The translations under genes and the position numbers were made by a program. This document shows positions 6,121-13,814 of a DNA stretch of 32,000 nt, piece after piece. Under the pieces are notes generated by a model. It searched no databases. It saw only the letters and a program-made list of their open reading frames with translations, and was not told where the DNA came from. Position 1 is the stretch's first letter. Each line of letters starts with the position of its first letter. The stretch comes from Candidatus Electronema aureum (GTDB lineage: Bacteria > Desulfobacterota > Desulfobulbia > Desulfobulbales > Desulfobulbaceae): contig NQJD01000017.1 in NCBI GenBank assembly GCA_004284765.1, positions 1-32,000 of the forward strand. The letters are read 5' to 3'.

Positions 6121-7893
6121 TCAGCAATGTGGAGTCATACTGGGTGTGGACGTGGAGGTGGGTGAAGGAGGGATAGCAAGTGCTTTATGAAATTCTGTAC
6201 GAAGGTCTTGCAGCTTATCGGCAGCGATCTGTCCACCAGTGACAGCCTTGAGAATTTCGATGGGCTTTCTATGCTTATCCGATACTACAGGCAGCAACCC
6301 AAGAAAGGTCTCCAAGCAATCTATGAATTTTACAGGAGCGGAAAGCGTATGACCGTTCTTGGATGCTTCAACGAGATCATTCATAGCACCTTGGTGTTCT
6401 TTGCCGTTGTCATCGTCCAGCATGACACCGTGCGGGATGCCATAAGCCTCCATCAGTGCCATGTAGCGATGCAGATTATACTTTCCTAACGTATCAATGA
6501 TGCAGATATGCTGTGTACTGAGATCGTGCCAGTCGTTAGCCAGCAGGTAGTTGAAAAGGCCGCGCTCTGTTGCACCTTCGACCAAGAGAACTTTATTGGC
6601 AAAGAACAGCGATGAACGTTCTCCATCGAGCCATAGCTGAAAACGGAACTGCTCTTCCTGGGTCGCTATATCGCCTTGTGGTGGATTGGCGATCATCTTG
6701 CGTGCTTTTTTCTTCTTATTTCCCTCCACGTCTGGGTTGTCAACAAAGGCTTGCAACGCAGTCAGCAGCTCGCCACCTTGGTCGAACAATTCCCTAATTT
6801 TGGTGCCCTTGGGCTGGAAGGTTTGCGTCGCGCCGTTGGAACGCTGAACACGGACAAGTTGCCCGATCTGTTCAGCGGCCTTCCCGACAAATGTTGGCGA
6901 GTGCGTGGTGATGATCACTTGCTGACCTTCCTCTGCGCCGAGACGGCGCAAGTGGTAAGCCATGCTTTCCTGCTGGCTCGGATGCAAGAACGCCTCCGGC
7001 TCCTCGAACAGCACAAGGTTGAACGATGGATTGAATTCTTTTTTCCCGCCCTTCTTCTCATCCTTAAAGGTTGGAGCCAGTCGAATCAACTCATAGATCA
7101 CTGAACGCTGAAAACCGTGGCCGTATCGATCAAGGTCAAGGCCGATGTCACCTATTGCCGAATCTATAAAAGCAAACTTGACAAGCGATTTCGAGATATC
7201 TTCAGGTGCAACTGAATTCACTGAGAGATCGATTTTTATGCTCCAGTTTGAAATTGCCGTGTTGAGAGGCTTGGAAATTTCACTCAGGAAACCATCATCT
7301 TTGCGAGCCTCGACGTTTAGTTTCTCGAACGCCGTGGTGATTTCCTTGTAGGCATCACTCTTAGCTACGACCTTTTTCAGCAGGAAGTTGAGCATATTGC
7401 GAAGTGGTGATGGGCCGGTCATCTTCGTTTGCTCGGCTGGTGTGGTCAGTGCTGGCACATACAGAACCTGTCCGACCTTAGCTGTTCCAACGCTCTTTGC
7501 GCCATAAAACAAGGTAGTATGAAGCTGCCCATTGATGAGGCCGAAGATGTTGCTTTGATCTTTCTTGACCCGTTCTTTGTCATCGGACTTGAAATAGCGG
7601 CGAACGGTAAGACTTTTATCGGTAATGCCTTCCTTGTACGCATCGGCAAGGCCAGTCCACTCGTCATCATCAAGGAAAAACTTAAGCTGCACCCATGACT
7701 CGTTGTCAACAGCCCCAGCTTTAGGGAAATCCTCAGGCGACCACTTGGCATCGTCGTAGAACGTGCGCAGCGCGTTGAGAATCGTGCTCTTTCCCGCGTT
7801 ATTTGCACCGACCAGCAGCATGTAGTCGTGCGCTTCAATATCCGCATCAAGAACTGAGCGGAAATTATGGATAGTTATTTGTCGCAGCTTCAT
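6121..7893 (-). CDS. OLD-family nuclease (N-terminal ABC/AAA15-type ATPase plus C-terminal Toprim), 590 aa
   Basis: Walker A GANNAGKST, Walker B LVLFEEPEAFLHP and H-loop ITTHSP. These are followed by Toprim-like VLLVEGATERGLF and MLDDDNG. The size matches standalone OLD proteins. The last ~20 codons (…AIPPSPTSTSTPSMTPHC) read from the dnaE-derived repeat out of frame. Confidence 0.75.
   Translation of the reverse strand: MKLRQITIHNFRSVLDADIEAHDYMLLVGANNAGKSTILNALRTFYDDAKWSPEDFPKAGAVDNESWVQLKFFLDDDEWTGLADAYKEGITDKSLTVRRYFKSDDKERVKKDQSNIFGLINGQLHTTLFYGAKSVGTAKVGQVLYVPALTTPAEQTKMTGPSPLRNMLNFLLKKVVAKSDAYKEITTAFEKLNVEARKDDGFLSEISKPLNTAISNWSIKIDLSVNSVAPEDISKSLVKFAFIDSAIGDIGLDLDRYGHGFQRSVIYELIRLAPTFKDEKKGGKKEFNPSFNLVLFEEPEAFLHPSQQESMAYHLRRLGAEEGQQVIITTHSPTFVGKAAEQIGQLVRVQRSNGATQTFQPKGTKIRELFDQGGELLTALQAFVDNPDVEGNKKKKARKMIANPPQGDIATQEEQFRFQLWLDGERSSLFFANKVLLVEGATERGLFNYLLANDWHDLSTQHICIIDTLGKYNLHRYMALMEAYGIPHGVMLDDDNGKEHQGAMNDLVEASKNGHTLSAPVKFIDCLETFLGLLPVVSDKHRKPIEILKAVTGGQIAADKLQDLRTEFHKALAIPPSPTSTSTPSMTPHC
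6144..6168. repeat. 25-nt perfect direct repeat of the dnaE 5' end (partner at 5426-5450), within about 45 nt of imperfect homology
   Basis: gtgtggacgtggaggtgggtgaagg occurs at both positions. In the dnaE frame it encodes PFTHLHVHT. Flanking ggagt..actg matches extend it to 6125-6168 versus 5411-5450, with indels. Confidence 0.9.
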
Positions 7894-7945
7894 GAGAAAT
7901 CAATATATTGGAAGGGGAAGGCAAGGGAACCGTAATAATACCGCT

Positions 7946-7982
7946 TCGCATCTAACCACCGCCATCAGCTCGTGTCAAGATT
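7946..7982 (-). promoter_or_regulatory. 37-nt bipartite conserved element, copy B (AATCTTGAC-N16-GGTTAGATGCGA)
   Basis: Same two boxes and spacing as 4480-4516. It reads as TTGACA, 17 nt, TTAGAT. It lies 53 nt upstream of the OLD nuclease ATG. Confidence 0.5.
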
Positions 7983-8131
7983 GCACGCCTGCCAGTCTCG
8001 GCGATGTACAGCCCGCCGCCGATGATCGCCTTTGCCTCGCTGCTGAAAAAGTTAATCAATGCGCTGCCCATCCAACTATTTACCACAGCTCCCCGCCCTC
8101 TGCAATCAATGTTGACAGGCAGTGGCTCCAT
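7952..8131 (-). pseudogene. diverged PHP-domain (DnaE-like) remnant, 59 codons
   Basis: Minus-strand translation MEPLPVNIDCRGRGAVVNSWMGSALINFFSSEAKAIIGGGLYIAETG... aligns with DnaE residues ~43-75 ([33 protein letters not shown]). In the 7995-8026 patch, 30 of 32 nt are identical to 5240-5271. Homology stops at 7994/7995. Confidence 0.6.
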
Positions 8132-8195
8132 GAGTAAATTTCCTGAAGCTGCGCATCAGCGCAATTGATCAATCGCAACTTCTAACGAGAACCCA

Positions 8196-8582
8196 ATGAA
8201 TTCCATGCACGAGATTTTCACGCAAGATGTCCTCACTCAGCTTTTCCCTGCCCAGCGTACCGCAGATTTCTTTGAAGCCCTGTTCGGCGATGCAAACGAA
8301 GGCGCGTATGATATCGCCCTGACGTTCAAAGGGCAGGAGGGTAACACCCTTCATTTTAATCTTGATCTGCACGAGCGACCAGGCCGCTGCTTGGCCTGCA
8401 ATTTGACCAGCGGCCTGCCAGAGGTTTTCTCTAAGCATAAGGTGCTTAACATTGCTGGGCTGGTGGCAGATATTGAGCAAAAGCTCAACGGCAAGGCCAA
8501 ATGCGACAGTTGGAAGCTGGGTCGCACCCAGCAGCCGAGCAAGCATCTGCACTGCATTCCTTTGCAGATCACGCTGGCATAA
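8196..8582 (+). CDS. conserved hypothetical protein (128 aa)
   Basis: Clean ORF with host-like composition, followed 27 nt later by the methyltransferase gene. No motif I can name. Confidence 0.5.
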   Translation: MNSMHEIFTQDVLTQLFPAQRTADFFEALFGDANEGAYDIALTFKGQEGNTLHFNLDLHERPGRCLACNLTSGLPEVFSKHKVLNIAGLVADIEQKLNGKAKCDSWKLGRTQQPSKHLHCIPLQITLA

Positions 8583-8609
8583 CCAGCGTAAACCAACCAG
8601 GAGGCGAGA

Positions 8610-9206
8610 ATGCAAGAAAAACACCAATGGGAAGAACGCTACGAACAGAAAGAATTGCCTTGGGATACAGGCAGTCCGGCCAGCTGCTTGATGCAGTTGA
8701 TTTCAGCTTGGCCCACATGTAAGGGCAACGTGCTGGAAGTTGGCTGTGGTACCGGCACGAACTCAGTCTGGATGGCGGAGCAAGGCTTTCAGGTTACAGG
8801 AATGGACATTGCGGCGGGTGCGATCGCTTTATCTCAGCAACGGGCTGCGGACAAAGGCGTGGCCTGCACGTTTATTGAGGCAGATTTCTTCACCTATCCG
8901 ATAGAGGAAGGACACTTCTCGTTGCTCTTTGACCGAGGCTGCTTTCATGGCATGGATGAGGAACACAGAAGTTTGTTTGCTCGCCGAGCCGCCGCGTGCT
9001 TAGAGCTAGGTGGTCTCTGGTTCAGTTTGATCGGCAATAGCGACCAAATCACGCAAGAGCAAGGGCCACCTCGTCTTTCAGCCGTGCAGATATGCGCCAG
9101 CGTTGAGCCTGCCTTTGAGATACTCCGCTTGGAATCCGTTCTACTCGATTCCAAACGGCCTGTACCACCGCGTTTCTGGCAATGCCTGATGCGGGTACGC
9201 AAGTAA
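8610..9206 (+). CDS. class I SAM-dependent methyltransferase (TPMT/TehB-like)
   Basis: Motif I VLEVGCGTGTNSVWMA, followed by VTGMDIAAGAI and the acidic IEADFF. An N-terminal W..RY....PWD pattern is typical of thiopurine-type methyltransferases. AGGAGG RBS upstream. Confidence 0.75.
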   Translation: MQEKHQWEERYEQKELPWDTGSPASCLMQLISAWPTCKGNVLEVGCGTGTNSVWMAEQGFQVTGMDIAAGAIALSQQRAADKGVACTFIEADFFTYPIEEGHFSLLFDRGCFHGMDEEHRSLFARRAAACLELGGLWFSLIGNSDQITQEQGPPRLSAVQICASVEPAFEILRLESVLLDSKRPVPPRFWQCLMRVRK

Positions 9207-9275
9207 CGGAGCCACCATTCAGCTGCTACGGCAGCTGAATGTGTTTTCAACCAAGCACAACGCTGGGAGAAAAGC

Positions 9276-9833
9276 ATGATAGATAGAATGAGTAGATTGC
9301 TTGTGCTGCTGACCGCAGTACCGCTGCTGTCTGGCTGCGGGGTTAAAGAGAAAGTCAACGCTGTTTGGGAAAAGGTACCGTTTGTCCATAAGCAGCACGG
9401 TCCCACCGGTGAGAAATACTCGCCCACGATGAAGGTACAGCTGCTTTTCAAGGCAGATCAGGCTCCGGCAGACTGTAAGGTCTTTGCCCATCTCTTTGTT
9501 TGGACACCAGCGGGAGCCAGCGGGCAGAGCATTGCGCAGGCCGTGGAGCATGAAGCGATGTCTTATGGAGCAGACATGATCCTAATCGGGAGAAGTCGCC
9601 AAGCTAACGACGATAAAGGTATAGAGTTTGTCTATTACGGGCCAGATCAACCCTACAGCTGTCGCGATAAATGGAGCGGGTGGACGTTCGGCTATGAAGA
9701 ATGGGTAAACCAAGGCAACTGGGCGAGCATAGGCTATGAGGAATGGGGCAAGGCCGAGGCCCAATTCAGCTCCCCCCTTGTGGTGCAAGCAGCCTTTCTC
9801 CGCTGCCAGCCTGATGCTTCAGAAAAGAAGTGA
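9276..9833 (+). CDS. lipoprotein of unknown function
   Basis: Signal peptide with lipobox LLSGC (MIDRMSRLLVLLTAVPLLSGCG). GGGAGA RBS upstream. Confidence 0.6.
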   Translation: MIDRMSRLLVLLTAVPLLSGCGVKEKVNAVWEKVPFVHKQHGPTGEKYSPTMKVQLLFKADQAPADCKVFAHLFVWTPAGASGQSIAQAVEHEAMSYGADMILIGRSRQANDDKGIEFVYYGPDQPYSCRDKWSGWTFGYEEWVNQGNWASIGYEEWGKAEAQFSSPLVVQAAFLRCQPDASEKK

Positions 9834-9914
9834 CATTTCAGCCCTGAGCGGTATAGTAGCTTACTTACCGTAAGCCATCTTGGCGAACAGTGAAAACCAT
9901 CACGGAGGTTGTTC

Positions 9915-10280
9915 ATGAACACGTCTATCGCGTTGCTACTCAGTGGCTGTGCAGTGCTGCTCTTGGCTGGTTGTCCTAAGCCCGGCTCGACCCCTCATTC
10001 GCCCACAGGCCCAGTTATAGACCCGATTACCTGTGGTGGTTTCCCAGGTACAGCTTGTCCTGATGATAGTCAGTACTGTAGTTACGATGCCAACGCGAGC
10101 TGTGGCATGGCGGATGCGACAGGTATCTGCTTACCACGCCCGGAGATATGCACCAAAGATATCAAATATGTGTGCGGCTGTGACGGCAGAACCTATAGCA
10201 ATGCCTGTGTAGCAGCAAGTGCTGGGGTTTCTATTCTGCACGAAGGGAGATGTGAGCAGCAATCTCAGCAAAAACAGTAA
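9915..10280 (+). CDS. lipoprotein with C-terminal Kazal-type protease-inhibitor-like domain
   Basis: ATG 9915 lies 6 nt after GGAGG. Lipobox-like LLSGC/LLAGC. The C-terminal [35 protein letters not shown] fits the Kazal pattern (VCG-x-DG-x-TY-x-N-x-C ... H-x-G-x-C). Confidence 0.65.
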   Translation: MNTSIALLLSGCAVLLLAGCPKPGSTPHSPTGPVIDPITCGGFPGTACPDDSQYCSYDANASCGMADATGICLPRPEICTKDIKYVCGCDGRTYSNACVAASAGVSILHEGRCEQQSQQKQ

Positions 10281-10282
10281 AG

Positions 10283-10312
10283 CCCGTAGGGGCAGGCCCC
10301 CGTGCCTGCCCT
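10283..10312 (+). repeat. REP-like GC hairpin, copy 1 (cccgtaGGGCAGGCccccgtGCCTGCCCt); likely terminator for the upstream gene
   Basis: An 8-bp perfect stem gggcaggc/gcctgccc starts 2 nt after the stop codon. A near-identical copy lies at 11572-11605. Confidence 0.7.
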
Positions 10313-10359
10313 GCCTATGCAAGCGGTCTAATAAAGATTAAGGTGGCGAGGACAACATC

Positions 10360-11556
10360 ATGGCACAATCAAAGATCGTTATTATCAGTGATGTTCATTT
10401 AAGCGACGGACAGAGTTACAGCTGGTTCAAAGACGACAGTACGCTAAAAGGATTCCTTAATCAGACAGCTCATGATCCTCAGGTAAAAGAGCTTGTGTTG
10501 TTAGGCGACGTGTTTGATGTATGGCTTTATCCTATCCAGGTTGCGCCGTGGGATGCGAAGAAGATCATCCAGAAATGGAGCGGTATCATCACGGCACTCC
10601 AAAGCTGTGCAGCAAAGCTCCCAAAGGTGTATTACATCAACGGTAATCACGACATGGGCGTGACGCAGGCTGATCTATCCCTGATTAGTCCGAACATCGA
10701 GGTGATCTCCGCTACTCAGTACAACGCGCAACACCCCAATACGCTGCATCTTGAACATGGTCATCTGGTTGATATGTTCAATGCACCTGACATCTCAGGT
10801 GATCCGATTCAAGGGCTACCCTTTGGCTATTTCGTCACTCGGCTGGTAGCCACTGCTGGCAATCATGATGAGATATGGAATGCGCTGTCAGATATCGTCA
10901 AATCTCATTTCGGGAAGATTAGCTCGTACAACAGCTTTGTTCAGCAGATGAACGGCTCAAGTATGTGGCGGGGATTCTTTGAGGGCTTTATTGAAGCACT
11001 GCTCGAAGACTTTATCAGAAAAGCAGGAAAGTTGCTGATAGAAGCTCTTGTTGATTTGTTGGTAGAGTATGTGAAGCTGGCAGACTCGTCTGTCAATGAC
11101 AACAGCAATATTCTTCTCCCGAACGGTGCGAAGGTCAATATCGGCGAGGTGAAGAAGCACTATCACAAGCTGCTGCTCAACTGGTTCAAGAAGTACGGTC
11201 TGGCTGATCTATACAATACTGCAACGGCATCAACTGGATTAGACTGGTATGCGGAGAAGCTGCTCAGTCAGTCCACAGCAAAGACTGTTGTCATGGGACA
11301 TACTCATCATGGCCAATGTCTTTCCATTGCGAACGGACAGTATGTAAACTCAGGTTGCTGGTGCGCTAAAGCGCAACCAACCTATGTAGAGGTCACGCTA
11401 CAAGCTGCACCTACAGTTGTGCTGAAGTCCTATCCAGAGAATGCTGTTATTCCCTGCCTCATGCCGATGCACAGCCTTGAGATGGCTGCTCCAGTGATGG
11501 AACGAGAAGAGACCATGCCGCAGATGGAGCAGAAATGCTCTGATCAACCTCAATAA
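10360..11556 (+). CDS. calcineurin-like metallophosphoesterase
   Basis: Motifs ISDVHLSDG, LLGDVFDVW, NGNHD, EHGH and GHTHH in the canonical order. Confidence 0.75.
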   Translation: MAQSKIVIISDVHLSDGQSYSWFKDDSTLKGFLNQTAHDPQVKELVLLGDVFDVWLYPIQVAPWDAKKIIQKWSGIITALQSCAAKLPKVYYINGNHDMGVTQADLSLISPNIEVISATQYNAQHPNTLHLEHGHLVDMFNAPDISGDPIQGLPFGYFVTRLVATAGNHDEIWNALSDIVKSHFGKISSYNSFVQQMNGSSMWRGFFEGFIEALLEDFIRKAGKLLIEALVDLLVEYVKLADSSVNDNSNILLPNGAKVNIGEVKKHYHKLLLNWFKKYGLADLYNTATASTGLDWYAEKLLSQSTAKTVVMGHTHHGQCLSIANGQYVNSGCWCAKAQPTYVEVTLQAAPTVVLKSYPENAVIPCLMPMHSLEMAAPVMEREETMPQMEQKCSDQPQ

Positions 11557-11571
11557 CTACGCAGCAGTATT

Positions 11572-11605
11572 CCCGTAGGGGCAGGCCCCCCCCCGTGCCT
11601 GCCCT
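11572..11605 (+). repeat. REP-like GC hairpin, copy 2 (same orientation, loop longer by extra C residues)
   Basis: cccgtaggggcaggccccccccgtgcctgccct. The arms are the same as in copy 1. Confidence 0.7.
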
Positions 11606-11617
11606 CTACTGCGTCAG

Positions 11618-11821
11618 TTACGTCCCCGCGCTTACATGCAGCACATCCACCAGCCTACCTACGTAGTTCGTCCTCACCATACGCACTAAGGCGGCGTAGT
11701 CATGTACAGTAATCTCAAGATGCGTTACAGCTGAACCAGCATATCCGCTCAAGGTGTACGTGCCTTCGCCGTTCACGTGTACCACCTCGCCCGCTCTGCC
11801 GTTCTCGCTCATGTCGATCAC
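11618..11821 (-). CDS. hypothetical 67-aa protein, translationally coupled to the upstream gene
   Basis: The GTG start overlaps the upstream TGA (GTGA). No recognisable family. Coupling is the only support. Confidence 0.3.
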   Translation of the reverse strand: MIDMSENGRAGEVVHVNGEGTYTLSGYAGSAVTHLEITVHDYAALVRMVRTNYVGRLVDVLHVSAGT

Positions 11822-12687
11822 GTTACAGCAAAGATCGCGCCCTTCTTAGCATCAAGCAGTAGCTGAATCCGCACTGTTGCGCTTGCCTCGGCCATTGTTC
11901 CGTTGCTGATAGTAACTAACGGAGCCGACTCATTCCCACTGAGGATACCATCACCATGACCCAAGACCACGGTCAGCGGTGTACGTAGCGGATGCAGATA
12001 CGTACCTGTGCGCAGGGTCCCGTGCTCGGTATAGCGAGTGGAGAGCGACAGGCGGTACTCGTTATTCCACGGCTCATCTTGGGTAAGGATATCTGGCAGG
12101 AGCAGCACCGCCGTATTGGCTATCATCGCGAAGCGACGTTGCACGACGCGCCCACTGCGCGTACCTTCTATCACGCATTCTGCACCGTTGCTTGCTTGAT
12201 CAAAGAAGAGGTCAGTGCCGGTGAGTCGCAGCACACCTGCTGGATTCAGCACATGCTTCAACCCAAGCACGGTGTCTTCAGCACTGGTGATCACCGGCAA
12301 CTTCTGCGTCAGCGGCAGCCGTTCTAACTGCGCGGCCCGCTGCACGTCTTTGACAAAACTTCTGGCAGGATAGAAGCGCACCTTGAGCAGCGCATCATCG
12401 GGCGGTAGCGGGGCATAGGGTGTGTCTAAGCGAGCAGCCAAGGTGAGGTGGCAGGTGAAAGCATTTTCCAGCGTGACCTGATTGCCCTTGATCAGCTGCG
12501 TCTTAATCTCTTTATTCACTGCCCGCATGACTGACTCAATCGTCTCTGCACTCCAGAAGGGGTTCTTCCGCGCAACTTCTTTGGCCAACGCAGTGTATCC
12601 CATCACCTCATTTGGCAAAAGGCGTGGCTTATAGGACTGAGGAATGGTAATCGCATTGAGCTGTGGTCGCCACCGTACTGTTGTCAT
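11818..12687 (-). CDS. HU-like DNA-binding domain protein with C-terminal DUF4469-like (Ig-like) region
   Basis: I prefer ATG 12687 (MTTVRWRPQ...), which lies 6 nt after GAGGAA. GYTALAKEVARK...ETIESVMRAVNKEIKTQLIKGNQVTLENAF resembles the HU/IHF fold. The C-terminal part resembles DUF4469 (LRLTGTDLFF...IANTAVLLLPDIL...YRLSLSTRYT). The track's 5' extension to 12921 crosses an operator-like array and is rejected. Confidence 0.5.
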   Translation of the reverse strand: MTTVRWRPQLNAITIPQSYKPRLLPNEVMGYTALAKEVARKNPFWSAETIESVMRAVNKEIKTQLIKGNQVTLENAFTCHLTLAARLDTPYAPLPPDDALLKVRFYPARSFVKDVQRAAQLERLPLTQKLPVITSAEDTVLGLKHVLNPAGVLRLTGTDLFFDQASNGAECVIEGTRSGRVVQRRFAMIANTAVLLLPDILTQDEPWNNEYRLSLSTRYTEHGTLRTGTYLHPLRTPLTVVLGHGDGILSGNESAPLVTISNGTMAEASATVRIQLLLDAKKGAIFAVT

Positions 12688-12822
12688 GGCTCGTTCCTCT
12701 GGTGAAGTTACCCTTGTGGCAGGACTACTGCACGCCTCGTACTTCTTATCGTAGAACCAAGGAAGGTACTTGTCAAGAATAACTACAGCAGCAGCGTCCG
12801 TAGCAGTGATGGGTACATGCTC

Positions 12823-12903
12823 GTTCGAGCGAACGGGCTTTCCTTGTTCATATGAACGAGAGATGCTTGTTCGCTCGAACAAGGAGGGTTTGTTCAGGTG
12901 AAC
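12823..12903. promoter_or_regulatory. array of four GTTC-N4-GAAC palindromes with exact 23-bp phasing
   Basis: GTTCgagcGAAC at 12823, GTTCatatGAAC at 12846, GTTCgctcGAAC at 12869, GTTCaggtGAAC at 12892. The array lies in the divergent region between the HU-like gene (-) and the RNase T2 gene (+). Confidence 0.65.
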
Positions 12904-13035
12904 GGGTATTCCTCTTAACAAGGTTAGAGCAAGGCTGCCAGCAGCTTTTCAAGCATCTTTTGAAGTTGCTTTTTATACTACAGCGATGATAATAGCTTAC
13001 CGTGGTTAATCAGGTTCTCAACGTTAGGAGGTAAT

Positions 13036-13761
13036 ATGAAGTATGCAGGAATTGCTTGTGGTGTGCTGTGTATGCTGTTGAATGTGGCAGTGGATGTGCA
13101 CGCAGAGCCACGCTGCACCGTGCAGAGCAAGGAGAAGGTGTACCGCTTAGATTTGTCTGTACCAGCTACATTCTGCAAGCAGCCAATCAATAAAAGAGAC
13201 CCCAGTTGTAACATATTACCCAAGGCATCGGTACTCCAGCTCCATGGTCTGTGGCCCAATTACACAAGTCGCGACTACTTAGAGGGAGAATGCAATCCAG
13301 AAAGCGAATGCCAAACGCAGGCACAGGAGAAGGGGAAATACTGCAAATACCCAGAGCCAGCTGGTTTGTACGCTTCTGACGCATGGAAAACATTAGCTGA
13401 GGGCTATATGGCAGGAAAGGAGAAATGCTTAGAGCGGCATGAGTGGGTGAAGCACGGCACCTGCACTGAAATGACCCCGCCGGAATACTTTGGCTGGGCA
13501 CTTGGTAAAGCTAAGGAGATATCAGACAAGTTAGCACTTGCGCTTGATAAGGAAATGTCGAGAGTGGAATTCAATCAGCGGGTTAAGGAGAAGCTGCCTG
13601 AGCTGAACGGAGCAATCCACTTAGGCTGTGATGGCAACTTAGTGTCGAAGTTGTATGTGATCTATGAATGGGGCAAGGAGCCTGGTGCGCCGATCAAGAC
13701 CAAAGGCGGCAAGAACGCGATGGGTAACTGCGGTAATAGCTTTACCTTCCCCAGTAAGTAA
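13036..13761 (+). CDS. secreted ribonuclease T2 family protein (RNase I-like)
   Basis: Signal peptide ending VHA-EP. The CAS I motif LQLHGLWPN and the CAS II motif HEWVKHGTC are diagnostic for RNase T2. Confidence 0.85.
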   Translation: MKYAGIACGVLCMLLNVAVDVHAEPRCTVQSKEKVYRLDLSVPATFCKQPINKRDPSCNILPKASVLQLHGLWPNYTSRDYLEGECNPESECQTQAQEKGKYCKYPEPAGLYASDAWKTLAEGYMAGKEKCLERHEWVKHGTCTEMTPPEYFGWALGKAKEISDKLALALDKEMSRVEFNQRVKEKLPELNGAIHLGCDGNLVSKLYVIYEWGKEPGAPIKTKGGKNAMGNCGNSFTFPSK

Positions 13762-13776
13762 GCCTGCATAAACTGT

Positions 13777-13803
13777 GGGGGATGACCGTTGCGATCATCC
13801 CCC
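13777..13803. terminator. hairpin between convergent genes (gggggatga-N9-tcatccccc)
   Basis: A 9-bp perfect stem between the RNase T2 stop (13761) and the argD stop (13815). Confidence 0.5.
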
Positions 13804-13814
13804 GCCTTGCTCTT

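Noticed and set aside
10283-11605. Repeated GC hairpins considered as a CRISPR array
   Set aside because: There are only two copies, 1.3 kb apart, with a protein-coding gene between them. There is no regular repeat-spacer structure anywhere in the window and no cas genes.
12823-12903. Palindromes as LexA (Cheo-type) SOS boxes
   Set aside because: Cheo boxes are GAAC-N4-GTTC, whereas here the half-sites are inverted (GTTC-N4-GAAC). The GAAC...GTTC pairs formed between neighbouring sites are 11 nt apart. No SOS gene is adjacent.
12688-12921. N-terminal 78-codon extension of the HU-like gene in the ORF track
   Set aside because: The extension is translated straight through four phased palindromes and has no RBS. 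An internal ATG at 12687 has a GAGGAA RBS, and the conserved domain begins after it.
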